Positions 46,401-57,137 of a stretch of DNA of 64,000 nucleotides are shown here, piece by piece. Position 1 is the stretch's first letter. Every line of letters begins with the position of its first letter. The notes below the pieces were generated by a model. That model saw only the letters and a list, made by a program, of their open reading frames with translations. It was not told the origin of the DNA and made no database searches. Made by a program: the position numbers and the translations under genes. Source of the DNA: a virus; the IMG/VR virus record IMGVR_UViG_3300042882_000890, positions 32,001-96,000 of that record, one strand, 5' to 3'.

Positions 46401-49400
46401 TCTGTCAAGTTTGCATAATTAGAAGAGTTCTCAGAAGTTATGTTTTCTGTTTTTGGCATAGACACCCACTCTGGTAAAAGTCCCACTTTTTGTTCTGCAA
46501 AAGACATCTCTTCATAAACTTCCTCAGTTAACTTTTTGGCTTCTTCTAGTTTACCTTCTTGTCTTAAAACTCTAGCTTTATCTCTTTTTTTGAAAGCTTC
46601 GTCATTTACCCCTGAGAAATTTACCCATGAATTTTGACCTCTTGTTTCTGTAGTCATAGCTCTTCTAGCTAGTGGAGAATACATTCTTGCATGAATGTTC
46701 CAAGCATTCTCTTCTCCAATTGCTCCAAAACCATTCCCAAACTTAGCGTGTCCAAAAAAGTCGTGCACAAATCGGAATACATCATTGGCTAATAAAGGTA
46801 ATCCATTAACATCTTTGTACTTAGTTTCTTGTAACAAAAGATTATCCTCTCTTTGTTTATCTGTTATTGCCTCATCACCAAAACCGGATTCTGTAGAAAA
46901 GATTTTCATACGTTTGTTGTCACGTAAGTCTGAAATCATATCAGCAGAACTGTCATAAGGTTCTAAATTGTTTATTTCTACTTTGTAACCTTTGCTTAGT
47001 ATTTTTTCGTATTGCTCTAATGTCTCTTCTACCATTGCATTATATGCGGCTTTAGTTTGAGGGTCATTAGGTGTAGCTTGCATTTTATCAAACTCTTGAG
47101 CTATTCTTTTACTGTTTTCTTTATCCAATTTTGTTATTTTTTGGATAGGTGCAGTACTCATTTTTTTATCAGCCATGTATTCATCTGCTATGATAGATGC
47201 TTCTTCTAAAGGCTCATTAAATAATTTATTCCCTGAAACAATAGAAAAGTTTATGTTTGGGTCTGTATCTCCAAACTTGGCTTTTGCTTCTTGGGTTTTT
47301 TCGTAAACTTTTTTGAAGTCTTCAAAAGATAAATCCTTTCTTCTAGCATAGGCTCTTATCATATACATTCCTCCAAAAGTGCCGGCATCTAAATGTACAG
47401 GTTTACCCTCTTTTATACCCCAATTTGCTATATTTGTTAAATCTCCATAGATTATATCATAATCTAGAAAATCTTGTAATCCATAGCTTTTAAGTACCTC
47501 TATTAAGTCTGGATTTCTAGTATCAAAATCAGCTTGCCCATAAGGTGTCAGCTCTTGTATCATAACATCTGCATCTTCAGTATCGTACTGCTTTCCAGTA
47601 TTGATATCGTAAACAGGTACTTTTGCTTTATTTTCGAGCACTTCTAGTTTTTCAACCACTACATAGTTCAATCCTGTTTCATAAACTTGTGGAAGTAACC
47701 CCTTAGATATTAAATCAGAGTCTCCCTCTTGCATATTTTGTGCAAGACCCCTAGCTGTATTAGCCACTTTTAGAACTTTACCTTCTCCTAAGTCAAATAC
47801 GACTCTATCAGAGCCTGAAGATATTTTAGTTAAGTTTGGTATATCAAATCTTTCTCTAGCTACTTGGTTAGTATCATATTTATATCTTAGGTAAGCGTTA
47901 TTTTCACCCATATTTCTTGTTATCCTATTCCCGGATAACATCTCTGTAGCCGAAGCTGTTCCGAAATCAGCCAATGTCATATTAGCTACTTCGTCTGCTG
48001 TGTAACTAGTCAATCCTAAGATATCTTTGATAGACTCCCAAACACTTTTTAACCAATCTGCTATACTGTCTTCTTTTTTAGAATTAACTAATTTAGCACC
48101 TTGGTCTCCAATCACTTGTGCTAGTACCTCATTGTTAAATTTTTCTGAGCCCTCTTCTAAATCAGGTTGAGTTTCTTTTACAATATCAATATACTGTTGA
48201 GCCTCTTCTTTATTTTTACCAATAAGAGATAGTCCGGCTTGGTATAAGTCAGTTCTATTTTCTTTTAGCCAATCTAGATGTAAATGCCCAAATTCGTGAA
48301 TAGGGGTATCTAATCGCATAGCATCTGTGTTTAAATACACATCTCCTTTGTAGGTAAATCCAGCTGTGGTTAACTGTACACCATTGTAACTTAGCCTTTC
48401 AAATTCTTCTCTTTCTAATATCTGACTTTCAATGTACTCATCAGATAACAAGTAAAGATAATCCTCTTCTGGGATATTGTTTTCTATTTGGTAAGGTCTT
48501 AATACTTCCTCTGCTATACTTTTTCTTGTATTGTTATTGGTTAGTAACTCCTCTATAAAATTAACATAGTCTTGGTCTGTATAAGTAGAATCTCCATTAT
48601 CATCTCTGATTTCAGAATTTTCCCAAAGACTCTGAGCTATTTGGTTTATAGACGGGGCAGTTTTACTTATTAAGCTCATTCTTGCTTTTACTTCCCCCTT
48701 ACTATTTCTGTATAGCTTTTTTATAGATTCTTCAGATACTCTTCCTCCGGATAAAAAGTAATTGGCTACTTCTACCTCTGGGGTATAAGCCTCTATTTTT
48801 AGAGCCTCTTTTATTACTTTTAATCTTGTATCCCTTCTTGCTAACTGTTTTGAAAATTGTATTTGCTCATCTATTGTTACATCATTTTCATCAAATACTA
48901 CATAGTTAAACCCTCTTGCTGTGTCTGAAGTTGCTCCACGAGCAATACTTTCAGCAGGGTATTTTATTCCGTCAATACCTGACTCTAATAAAAATAATGA
49001 AGCTTCTTTTTGCCCTTCAAAATATCCACTTAAATATCTGTATAAATTTGCTCCATCTAAAACTTTGTCGCTAACAGATGCAGGTATAATACCCTCGTTA
49101 ACCCACATATCTAAAACTTCTGCTATTTGTTTATTTTTTTCAGACAGTGTTTTAATTACCCCTTTACTTACAGGCTTGTCCCACTCTAACCAATTATACT
49201 CTCCTACTTCTTTTCCTTTTTGTAAAGATACTTTGTATATATTTTTTGAAGGTTTATTAAAAGTTATGTTATCAAAGACAGCCTTTTCTTCATTTACTTT
49301 TTCTAAAGCTTCTTTATAATAGTTGTCTTTAGTATCTAAATACTCTTTTTCTAATAATTTTATTTGGTTTTTGTAAAAATTGTTTCCTATTTCTTTAAAT

Positions 49401-51172
49401 TCTTCAAAACTTTCTAAATCAGTATAAGATATATTTTCAGTAGACCCATAAAATCTATTTCTCAAAACATAGTCGGTTTGGACTTCTGCTAGTCTTGTTG
49501 CATATTCTTTTGCAATATCTTCTAAATCAGTAAAATATAATCCCCATCCAAATGCTTGATTACCTTCTCCAGTACCCATTTTTTCAGTGGTAAAACGGTC
49601 AAAAGAATAAGGTGAACCATGATAAGCCACTACACTTTTGGCTGTCTCTGGGCTTATGCCAAGTTCTATTAACTTTGCTTCTATCTCGGCATTAGTCATT
49701 TTATAGACATTATTAGCTAGACCGGATTGTTCTAAACGGTCTGTAACTTGGTCTAATACTTCTTTTTGATTTGATTCTATTTGATTAAAAGATGTTCTGT
49801 TCTGAGGAATAAATATTTGATTTTCTCTAGCATTCTCCTCTGTGTCTTGTAGCAAAGAATACAGTCTTTCTTTAGGAGTCATCTTTAAACGTTTTTCTAC
49901 GTTTCTAGCTTCTTCCTCCCCCATAGCAGAACGGTATTTTTTATATAAATAATCCGAAGGTGCAAATATAATGTCTCTAATTTCAGAAGGTGCATCATAC
50001 CATTTTTTGCCCTCTTTTGTTAATTTTTCTTGGGCTTTTTTCTTTTCTTCAGATAAGTTTTTATACTCATTTTGTTGCTCTTGTGTTAAATAAGAGTATA
50101 TCGCAACAGTGTTTGACCCTCTTGCAAAGCCTTCTTTTTGTTGAATCCAGTGCTGTATTTCGTGTAGGGTTACGGGTAACAATACAGCGTTTAAGTTATT
50201 AAAATCTGATTTTTGTAATGCTTCATCTGAACCCCTTTTAAAATTTCTTACTAATTCCGAAAATTTATCATTATAAGTTAAAAAATCAGAGCCATAAGTC
50301 GTCTTATTCACGTTTGCATAACCAAACTTATTAAGTATTTCTAAGTCTGCATCTCTTTCTTCTCTTGTATATTTTTCGTAGGCTTTACGATAGGCATCTG
50401 AATAAGACATCCCGGCATCTCTAAGAGAATCCTCATAGGCATCTATTTCTATAAACTTTTTTACCACTCTTATGACTTCAGGGTCTAATTTTTTAAACTC
50501 CTCAGCTTTGCTTTTAGCTTCAAAAAAATCCTTTAGTTTATTACTTTCTATACCCAATACAATTTGGCTACCGTCAAAGAATCCCTCTGTGGTAGTACCT
50601 CCTTTTTTAGATACAGATATTTTAACATCGTTCAATTCTGGGTACGCTTTGAATAACTCCGGGTAATTTAGTATACTTTTTAAACTGTATTTTTTACCAA
50701 GCTTGTTAATAGAATCTATGTTTAGATTCAAAGAGGCTTTTGAACTATCTAATTCATACTTCCATTGATTATCAGCACCTCTTTGCCATCCGGTAGCTAT
50801 TTTTATTTTAAGAGGCGTTTCATTGCTCCTCTCCATTTCTATAGCCACCTCTAAATTGTCTACTATTACAGTACTACCTGAAATAGTATCTAAATTTTGT
50901 GCTCCTTTTAACCCCACTATAGAAAATCTTGCATCTGCTGGAGCTACTTTTACTATGTTTTTAAAACGCTCTTTAAATGCGTTTAATTTAGCCGCCATAG
51001 CATCTTTTAACTCTTCAACTTCGGTTAGGGCATAAATGTTTAAGGCGGTATTTCTATTACCGCCTGTTATATTTACTAGATTGTCAAAAAGTTTACTTCT
51101 GTTACCGTTCTCGGCATTAACAAAATCTATCTGACCTTTTTCATCTCTGAAAACTCTACATTTTAAGCTCAT
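43418..51172 (-). CDS. large polyvalent protein (2584 aa): LPD-like, zincin peptidases, ADP-ribosyltransferase, kinase, GNAT
   Basis: TGWQRGADNQWKYE; HEIQH; YHGSP..GWGLYFT; HEFGH; DLTNIANWG/LDAG; HDFFGH; RGQGNA..FY..LGF. Confidence 0.8.
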   Translation of the reverse strand: MSLKCRVFRDEKGQIDFVNAENGNRSKLFDNLVNITGGNRNTALNIYALTEVEELKDAMAAKLNAFKERFKNIVKVAPADARFSIVGLKGAQNLDTISGSTVIVDNLEVAIEMERSNETPLKIKIATGWQRGADNQWKYELDSSKASLNLNIDSINKLGKKYSLKSILNYPELFKAYPELNDVKISVSKKGGTTTEGFFDGSQIVLGIESNKLKDFFEAKSKAEEFKKLDPEVIRVVKKFIEIDAYEDSLRDAGMSYSDAYRKAYEKYTREERDADLEILNKFGYANVNKTTYGSDFLTYNDKFSELVRNFKRGSDEALQKSDFNNLNAVLLPVTLHEIQHWIQQKEGFARGSNTVAIYSYLTQEQQNEYKNLSEEKKKAQEKLTKEGKKWYDAPSEIRDIIFAPSDYLYKKYRSAMGEEEARNVEKRLKMTPKERLYSLLQDTEENARENQIFIPQNRTSFNQIESNQKEVLDQVTDRLEQSGLANNVYKMTNAEIEAKLIELGISPETAKSVVAYHGSPYSFDRFTTEKMGTGEGNQAFGWGLYFTDLEDIAKEYATRLAEVQTDYVLRNRFYGSTENISYTDLESFEEFKEIGNNFYKNQIKLLEKEYLDTKDNYYKEALEKVNEEKAVFDNITFNKPSKNIYKVSLQKGKEVGEYNWLEWDKPVSKGVIKTLSEKNKQIAEVLDMWVNEGIIPASVSDKVLDGANLYRYLSGYFEGQKEASLFLLESGIDGIKYPAESIARGATSDTARGFNYVVFDENDVTIDEQIQFSKQLARRDTRLKVIKEALKIEAYTPEVEVANYFLSGGRVSEESIKKLYRNSKGEVKARMSLISKTAPSINQIAQSLWENSEIRDDNGDSTYTDQDYVNFIEELLTNNNTRKSIAEEVLRPYQIENNIPEEDYLYLLSDEYIESQILEREEFERLSYNGVQLTTAGFTYKGDVYLNTDAMRLDTPIHEFGHLHLDWLKENRTDLYQAGLSLIGKNKEEAQQYIDIVKETQPDLEEGSEKFNNEVLAQVIGDQGAKLVNSKKEDSIADWLKSVWESIKDILGLTSYTADEVANMTLADFGTASATEMLSGNRITRNMGENNAYLRYKYDTNQVARERFDIPNLTKISSGSDRVVFDLGEGKVLKVANTARGLAQNMQEGDSDLISKGLLPQVYETGLNYVVVEKLEVLENKAKVPVYDINTGKQYDTEDADVMIQELTPYGQADFDTRNPDLIEVLKSYGLQDFLDYDIIYGDLTNIANWGIKEGKPVHLDAGTFGGMYMIRAYARRKDLSFEDFKKVYEKTQEAKAKFGDTDPNINFSIVSGNKLFNEPLEEASIIADEYMADKKMSTAPIQKITKLDKENSKRIAQEFDKMQATPNDPQTKAAYNAMVEETLEQYEKILSKGYKVEINNLEPYDSSADMISDLRDNKRMKIFSTESGFGDEAITDKQREDNLLLQETKYKDVNGLPLLANDVFRFVHDFFGHAKFGNGFGAIGEENAWNIHARMYSPLARRAMTTETRGQNSWVNFSGVNDEAFKKRDKARVLRQEGKLEEAKKLTEEVYEEMSFAEQKVGLLPEWVSMPKTENITSENSSNYANLTEDGQGNFVFYHVGTSGYEVIKRTSGDTTATSREEAQALAKVGGLAMYYSRPEDSETMIRGESKYMVKIPMDKVYDFNTDSLNLIEKARELHSKEYPGKAFDPNTQVAYVTKVAADFGYEMVVAEWQNRTRAQSIKEHKPNDTQVSEGATVKKPFQENYDSNSSKGYKSIIPVPKNEKLKQLYLDLNNYRNRENRYDSVYSLNENYTKLSQEEISDIINNSDLPQEYKSTYSSIVNSPEGKRMSVLNTPTTPTVTRQPSLELNGTKIFAKDRVNPITGEKLEGVEWELIESTERGQGNARKAAELFLNGTDAQGKDVYLMVSPRDTTTKPERLESFYTSLGFEKTSDFEMVRKARPVSLKDTDSNGEPSIKTLMDFSNSKVKPLGLEGLKAAKNAAMALKVKSSKELVEKMEKALMKNGIVLFDKLSLQRSKLYNIFEINTILSSPKLQKQIKESLLSLRNSEPFELDYDENFIIPQGREVNQFGKQEVTNPSIVEKDLVESVAGLEESEIDEALPTTFSNKYYTDPNFKETVDSIARDHKKAPIKTVVDGELVDKTEDVEGMLLNTMTDDLDISITEDIAFLRQGIDKEIFNSDLKNVSKVLNKIKKNVQVNGIDLRNFPTLALELSRDEVLGFLDSMEDVIEDPSNPENMIEFTERYYKILGDKEAKTEVIKTNSENDVVVEEPLSEYEMFSEFGLIKKDDGIYRKVKEQSLDSLYESFFEYKNLLPEGIDTLEALKLYVERNASLLEVSDYEVDVDNLEKIFLYKKFFDFPMSTQRPTVKVDNFNKITNSEEYLTDEFLKDFNKWILTTSNPYFKVTGKGIELVNSDEMSKSEAVDSVPERFKQELAEYNIISDSLNLEMPLLEEKPEDINTQLEQRQKAVNNPDRVKKVSGQYTYLKDGVLAVKNESETFVKTPIGVFEKIFEFENIKFYGKLDTDKRTGYKKVNVEAPFSDISFQEYMYLANAPEAFKTSKNYYSKKELDDINEEYFGCQ

Positions 51173-51192
51173 TGTTTTGATTTATTTTTATG

Positions 51193-51224
51193 CAAAATTA
51201 AGAATTTATTTTATAAAAAACAAA
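51193..51224 (-). promoter_or_regulatory. Bacteroidota sigma70-type promoter
   Basis: TTTG-N20-TAATTTTG on the - strand. Confidence 0.75.
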
Positions 51225-51238
51225 TTTGTTAACTTTTT

Positions 51239-54200
51239 TTATTCGCAAGGTTTATTTTTTTCGCTGTCTACATCTTTTTGAGATTGGTTGTTTAGCTCAT
51301 ACAGTCTGTCCAATGCTTCTGTAACTCTATCGCTTTGTACAAATTGAGCTTCCTGTAAAGATATCTTCTTTCTTAAAAATATTTTAGTAGCTATCTCTAG
51401 AGCTTTCTCTTCACTAACATCCCCTTCTCTCTCAGCTTCTGTATACCAATCTTTTACTCCCTCTTTTAATTCATCTAACTCTATGATAGGTTTTGGTGAA
51501 GAGAACATGTTGTTAGCCATATCTAAGCCTATACTAGCCTCATTGGCTAAGTCAGTAGTTGTGTGCTCAGGTAACATCCAATCTTTAACACTACTTACGT
51601 TTGTAACACTGGCTAAGTCATCTATAGCTTTTAGTAAATCTTTTGTAGGGAATCCTTCAGAATCTAATATGTTTTGGTTACTTTCGTCCATATAAAACAA
51701 ATTGTAAGCTGCTGGAGAAAAACCGTTGTCTGCTAATAGCTGATTAAGTTTTATAGCTGCTTCAGCTCTATTTTTAGAGTCTGTGAATATGTCAGTAACT
51801 TGGTCAGATAAGTTAGCTTCGGATTCTTTTAAAGCTACTGGGAAAGCTATCAAGTACTTGCCTTGTTTAACTACAACCACTGGTTGGTTTGTTCTTCCTA
51901 GTAATCCTTTTATAAAATCTTCTCTTACCCCTTTTGTATTGTTTTTTAGAACTAGTTTACCGTCTTCAATATAACCGTAGTCTATAACTTGCTCCGGTAT
52001 AATGTCAAACATTTTTATAGCTCCATTTTCAAAAGTAAAATTAGGAGAGCCTAAAAATATATGTTTTATGTAACTTGTTTTTGATAGTGAAGCTACACCC
52101 ATAATACCAGACTCCATTCTTGATTTGAATATCTCAAAAGCCTCTCTTCTCAAGTCTAAGTATCCTGGGATACCTGCTATATCGTAAGCTGCTTTTAAAT
52201 CCCCAAGTTTTCTACCGTCTGTATCAAGTACGTTTACTTTTATGTTTTCAAAAAGTTCTTTTTCTAGTTCCTCAACATTCCTTCCTTCGTCTAAGCCCTC
52301 TTCGTATTTTTGGATAAGTTTTAGATTATACTCATCATTCATATCCAGGCTGAAAGTAACTTCTGCTGATTCCCCCGGCTCCATATTATAGATTTCTCTA
52401 GGAGAATATTCAGATGCGTTTCTGTAGTCTGTTTTTAGCTTCTCTCCGGTCTCCAAATCATAAACAGGAGAATACCCCCCATTTCTATTTAGAGTGCCTT
52501 CTACATGCTTCATATTAGCTTCAGCCATAACTTTAGGGAAGTCTTCGCTTTTCAAAGATATAGCACCACTTCTTTCTACTGTTAAATTAACTTTGCTTCC
52601 ATCTGCAAGTGTAACTATAAAGTTAGCTCCAGGTAAAGAGTTTTCCTCTACTTCTTCTGGTGTAATTACTTTAGCTGAACCTTTTACTTCTACATTTTTA
52701 CCTTTTTCCCATTTAGTTTGTACATAACCTATATCACCGGTTATTCCCATTCTTTCTAAAAGTCCAGGAAGAGTTAAATGTGATATTTGTACAGAGTTTC
52801 CTTTCTTTTTAACAAATACATTTTCGTATACTTGTATGTACTGTTCGTTTCTAATACCGCTGGCTCCGTCTACTTCTAGAGGCTCGTTATCAGATAAGTT
52901 TATTAAGTCTGAGTCTGTAAGTTTTTCTCTGATTATCGGCTCTACTGTTTGTCTAACTGCTACAGCTTGTGTTATCATTTGTTGTAGAGATACTCCGTTT
53001 TCGTTTTGGTATCCTTCTATCAACTGCCAGTTAGCCATCTTTTGGTTTAGCTCTTGTAATCTAGTTATTTCAGCCTTTGTTAAAGACGGTCTTGTTGTAG
53101 GAGAAAATCTCTTAGAGTCGTAAGGGTTTTTAAAAGCCACTAACTCCGTATCAATACGTGGGTCATCAATAGCTTTAGCCGCTAAGTCATAAAACTCTTC
53201 TATCTCGGCTTCAGTAGGAACTAAGTCTAAGATATTTTCACCAAAATTCTCTAGTAAGTATGGACTGTTTTTTACCATTTCAACTATAGAGTCTATCAGT
53301 GACTTTTTCTCTTGTACCGGCTCTTGCGTTTTGTCTTGATATTTTTTATCAATAGCATCTAACTTAGCTTGTTTTTCTTTTTCAAGCTTTTTGATTTCCT
53401 TGCTGTTGTCTGCTTTTTGTTGTGTGTTACCTATTTTTGATAACTCTTCATTTAGTAAAGCTAGAGTACTATTAACATGTGCGTAAAACTCATTTGAGTC
53501 AGTATTTTTACCGGCAGGTTTTGTAGGTAAATTCATTGTGTTATTAAAAGATTCTAAATCTTCTTTAGAATCACTTAAAAAACCTATACCATCTTTTAGT
53601 TTACCATTACCGTTATCTTCTCTACTTTCGATACCCCCTATCCCTTCGTTAAGTATTTTAGAAAGTTTTTCAAATAGTTGAAAGCCATAACTATTATTTA
53701 TCTGCTCTTCTGAACCTTTGTTTATCCATCCAGCTTCTACCCCGATACCAAAAACAGCATACCAATTACCTGCTTTTACACTTTTCTTACCTGCTTGACC
53801 AGTACTAATGTAAAAAGGTATATTGTATTTACCTATTTTCATCATTACCATTACTCTATCTGAGTAATCAACTACATTGTAATCTTTACCATTGATATTT
53901 ATTGAAGAGAGTAAATTATTATCTTTTAACCAATTTAACTTTTCTTCTAATGTGTTTAGTTTATTTAACTCTGCTACTATGTCTGCTACTGGAGTAGATA
54001 TTATATTAACACCTTCTTGACCTTTTAACAACGGTGTTATTAGCTTGTCATATCTATCATAGATTTCTTCAAACTTAGCTATATCTTCTGGATTAGTTAA
54101 TTTGTTTTTGTCTACTTTACCATCTGTCAGGGCATTTTTTGCCTCCGGTATAGCTGCAAGTAATTCTTTTTGTTCTTGCTCTCTTAACTTAGCTATTTGT

Positions 54201-57136
54201 TTAGGGCTGTCTTCTACATCAACTACCTCTTCGGCTGTTGTTTGTAAACCTGCTATCTTGGCATCATACTCGTCTCTTACTTTTTGCTTTTCTGCTTCTT
54301 TTGCGGCTTGTTTTTCCTCAGCTGTAGGCATAGGTATAGTATCCCCATCTTTTTGAGTTTCTCTGACTTCTTCAGGTGCCTTACCTTCTTCTCCTTTGTC
54401 TGTAACATCTTGTACTGCTTTGTTACCCTCAACAGTAGCTTCAACAACTTGGTTTTTAGCTTGTACCATTCTAGGTAGCAAAGATTCAATCATTTCGATT
54501 GTAGCCTCATTAGGAGATTTGTCTCTTTTGATTTCAGATATAAAATTTCTTTTACCTCTAAGTCCTAATTTAGGGTCTGTGATTTGTCTTGCTAAATCTG
54601 CGTATCTTTGGAAAGAGCTCAGTGATTTAGTATACTCCTCTACTAATTTTTGTAGCTCTAAGGCATCTTGTGGGCTTACTCTTTCATAAGAAGATACTAA
54701 GTCTTTTATAGCTTTAGATTGCTCTTGTAAAACTTCTAGTTTAGCAGCTGTAATAATTACGTTTGAACCGTCTTTACTAAAAGGGTTGCTTAGCTTAGCT
54801 GTGCTAAACAATATGTCTGTTTCTTTAGCTAGATTAGTTCTTTCTTGTTCTAGCTGTGCTTTTTTGGAAGTTATTGCATCCATCTTTCCTAGCAAGCTTT
54901 TCTTCTGTTCTTCAGAAGTAGAGTTGTAGAAAGTGGTTTCTAATTTTTTATATTGTTCGTCTAAAGACATCATCTCAGACTTTAATTTCGTTATCTGAGA
55001 AACTTTCTTTTCAACTTGTCTTTTTGTATCTTTACCGGCTTTTGATAATACATGCTCAATATCTAGGGTGTCAGATATATCTTGACCTAGTATTGTGGTA
55101 CCAACTTTATTTTTTATAGCTTGTAGAATATTGCTAGAAAAAGTATCCATTTCGGCACCCATGGTCAATTCGTAAGCTAAAGCTTCTCTAAGAGCTGTTA
55201 CATCGTGCTCTTTAAGTTCTGCCTTTTCCTCTTTTGATAGTTTTGAGTTTATAAAATAATTAGCAAAATCGCTATTCTTTTTATAGTTATTTGCTGTAGT
55301 TTTATACTCCTCTATCATACTTTGTTTCAACTCATCTGCACCTTTCTCATCTACACCGTACTCTTGCATTATAGTTTCATTATCCATATTTTTGATAGCT
55401 GTAACAGTATCTGAAACAGCATCATCCATATACCCTAGATTATATGCAAAATTTAATTGGGCTAATGCAGCATCTTTTCTAGACACCTCTTGCCCTACAA
55501 AGTCTCCGGCTGCTTCTGCTTTTTGAGAGTTTGCTTGTGCTTGTTGTACCCTATTACCATAAGCCATAGTTTCGGCAACTCTGGTACCTGAATATGTATT
55601 TCGAGTGTCTACAATAAGTTTATTTTCAGCTACTGCTCTGCTATATTCCGGGTTCCATTTACCAGTGGCAATCTTATTACCGGCAGTTCCTCCTATTAAA
55701 CCAATGAGCATACCCATTTGTATTTCTTTCCATCCCTCAGCTGTACCATAGGTTTTAGCCAAGCCCTCAGAAAAGGCATCAATTAGCCCTAAACCATTTT
55801 TAGTATACTGTGGGTCATACTTTGCTTCTACCCAATTTTTACCGGTGTTCTGAACTACAGATTGCATACCTTCTTCCCAAATACCCTCTGTAAACATAGG
55901 TTTAGCAAATGAGTAACTTTTTCCTATAGCTTTTTGGAGTTTGTTTGCAGAAGTCTCTACAAACTCTTCTCCTACTTTTTTATAACCTACACCAAAAAGT
56001 TTTGAGTCCATCCATTTTCCAGGTGCCGATAATGGGTTTTTTATATCAAACCACTTGCCCATAATAGCTAAGTTAGATGAGCCAACGATAGCCATATTAG
56101 TTGCAAAAACACCATCAGAAGCTGTTTTTAGATTCCTTCTAAACTCCATTTCCTCTTCTCTTGTTGGCATTCTACCATTCAATCTTTCAAAATCTGTGTA
56201 GTAACCTTCTTCCATCTCTTTTTTGAAGGCGTTTGCTTCAAATGCGGACTCAAATCCTGCACTAGTAGCTGTAAATCTTGCTGTGTTTAATAGCTCTCCT
56301 GCTCTTCCTAAATTTGTAGCAAGCTTTGTTTCTAATTGCCCTGTAGCAAAAACTTTAGCTGCTGGATTAGATAGTGTTCTAGCTTTATTCAGTGTGTTTA
56401 AGAATCTTTCTGATTGAGCTAATTTTGCTCCCCATCTTGCGGCAGCGGTTGACATAGCTGCTCCACCTGTAGCCCACTCCAAAGCAACCTCTGAAAGAAT
56501 AGCTCCTCCAAAAAACGCCATACCATTTGCGAAATCGTCTGCCCAAGTTGTGGCATTAGTAAGGTAATCTATACCGGTAGCTTCTCTATCAGCTTTTGAT
56601 TTATATGTTGGTAGCTTGTTATCCATATACGTATTAACATCATTCACGTAATCCATGAACTTGTTATCATATAAGGATTGCATACTGCCTGTCTGAGCAG
56701 AGTCAAATAACCCATAAGCTATACCACCAAGTTGACCACCAGTGTTAGTTAGCAACTTACCCCAAAATTTAGGTAAAGCGTTACCCCAAAGTTCCCCAGA
56801 TGTTTGTTTACTAGCAGCATAGTCCTCTTGGTCTGTAGCTGTTATAGAGTATGGTTTTTCGTATCTAGCAACAAATTCTCCATCAGAATATTCTTTGAAT
56901 AAGTCTTCAAATTTAACATCAGAATACCCCTCCATTTTAACTTTGTTGGTATCTGCCATAACAAAGTCCATAACAGACTTTTGCTTAGGTATTTTCCCTG
57001 CCATTTGTAAATTACTTATGATACCATCAATTGGGGCTACTACTGATAAAGCTTTTTCTAAGTTTTTATCTCTTAAATCAGTGGCTATAAACCCTAATTC
57101 TTGGTCTTTTATGTTTAAGATGTTATCTTCTTGCAT
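51239..57136 (-). CDS. giant probable ejection protein (1965 aa)
   Basis: Gly/Ala-rich hydrophobic N-terminal helices with EG.WEE..Q motif; long coiled coils. Confidence 0.65.
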   Translation of the reverse strand: MQEDNILNIKDQELGFIATDLRDKNLEKALSVVAPIDGIISNLQMAGKIPKQKSVMDFVMADTNKVKMEGYSDVKFEDLFKEYSDGEFVARYEKPYSITATDQEDYAASKQTSGELWGNALPKFWGKLLTNTGGQLGGIAYGLFDSAQTGSMQSLYDNKFMDYVNDVNTYMDNKLPTYKSKADREATGIDYLTNATTWADDFANGMAFFGGAILSEVALEWATGGAAMSTAAARWGAKLAQSERFLNTLNKARTLSNPAAKVFATGQLETKLATNLGRAGELLNTARFTATSAGFESAFEANAFKKEMEEGYYTDFERLNGRMPTREEEMEFRRNLKTASDGVFATNMAIVGSSNLAIMGKWFDIKNPLSAPGKWMDSKLFGVGYKKVGEEFVETSANKLQKAIGKSYSFAKPMFTEGIWEEGMQSVVQNTGKNWVEAKYDPQYTKNGLGLIDAFSEGLAKTYGTAEGWKEIQMGMLIGLIGGTAGNKIATGKWNPEYSRAVAENKLIVDTRNTYSGTRVAETMAYGNRVQQAQANSQKAEAAGDFVGQEVSRKDAALAQLNFAYNLGYMDDAVSDTVTAIKNMDNETIMQEYGVDEKGADELKQSMIEEYKTTANNYKKNSDFANYFINSKLSKEEKAELKEHDVTALREALAYELTMGAEMDTFSSNILQAIKNKVGTTILGQDISDTLDIEHVLSKAGKDTKRQVEKKVSQITKLKSEMMSLDEQYKKLETTFYNSTSEEQKKSLLGKMDAITSKKAQLEQERTNLAKETDILFSTAKLSNPFSKDGSNVIITAAKLEVLQEQSKAIKDLVSSYERVSPQDALELQKLVEEYTKSLSSFQRYADLARQITDPKLGLRGKRNFISEIKRDKSPNEATIEMIESLLPRMVQAKNQVVEATVEGNKAVQDVTDKGEEGKAPEEVRETQKDGDTIPMPTAEEKQAAKEAEKQKVRDEYDAKIAGLQTTAEEVVDVEDSPKQIAKLREQEQKELLAAIPEAKNALTDGKVDKNKLTNPEDIAKFEEIYDRYDKLITPLLKGQEGVNIISTPVADIVAELNKLNTLEEKLNWLKDNNLLSSININGKDYNVVDYSDRVMVMMKIGKYNIPFYISTGQAGKKSVKAGNWYAVFGIGVEAGWINKGSEEQINNSYGFQLFEKLSKILNEGIGGIESREDNGNGKLKDGIGFLSDSKEDLESFNNTMNLPTKPAGKNTDSNEFYAHVNSTLALLNEELSKIGNTQQKADNSKEIKKLEKEKQAKLDAIDKKYQDKTQEPVQEKKSLIDSIVEMVKNSPYLLENFGENILDLVPTEAEIEEFYDLAAKAIDDPRIDTELVAFKNPYDSKRFSPTTRPSLTKAEITRLQELNQKMANWQLIEGYQNENGVSLQQMITQAVAVRQTVEPIIREKLTDSDLINLSDNEPLEVDGASGIRNEQYIQVYENVFVKKKGNSVQISHLTLPGLLERMGITGDIGYVQTKWEKGKNVEVKGSAKVITPEEVEENSLPGANFIVTLADGSKVNLTVERSGAISLKSEDFPKVMAEANMKHVEGTLNRNGGYSPVYDLETGEKLKTDYRNASEYSPREIYNMEPGESAEVTFSLDMNDEYNLKLIQKYEEGLDEGRNVEELEKELFENIKVNVLDTDGRKLGDLKAAYDIAGIPGYLDLRREAFEIFKSRMESGIMGVASLSKTSYIKHIFLGSPNFTFENGAIKMFDIIPEQVIDYGYIEDGKLVLKNNTKGVREDFIKGLLGRTNQPVVVVKQGKYLIAFPVALKESEANLSDQVTDIFTDSKNRAEAAIKLNQLLADNGFSPAAYNLFYMDESNQNILDSEGFPTKDLLKAIDDLASVTNVSSVKDWMLPEHTTTDLANEASIGLDMANNMFSSPKPIIELDELKEGVKDWYTEAEREGDVSEEKALEIATKIFLRKKISLQEAQFVQSDRVTEALDRLYELNNQSQKDVDSEKNKPCE

Positions 57137-57137
57137 T

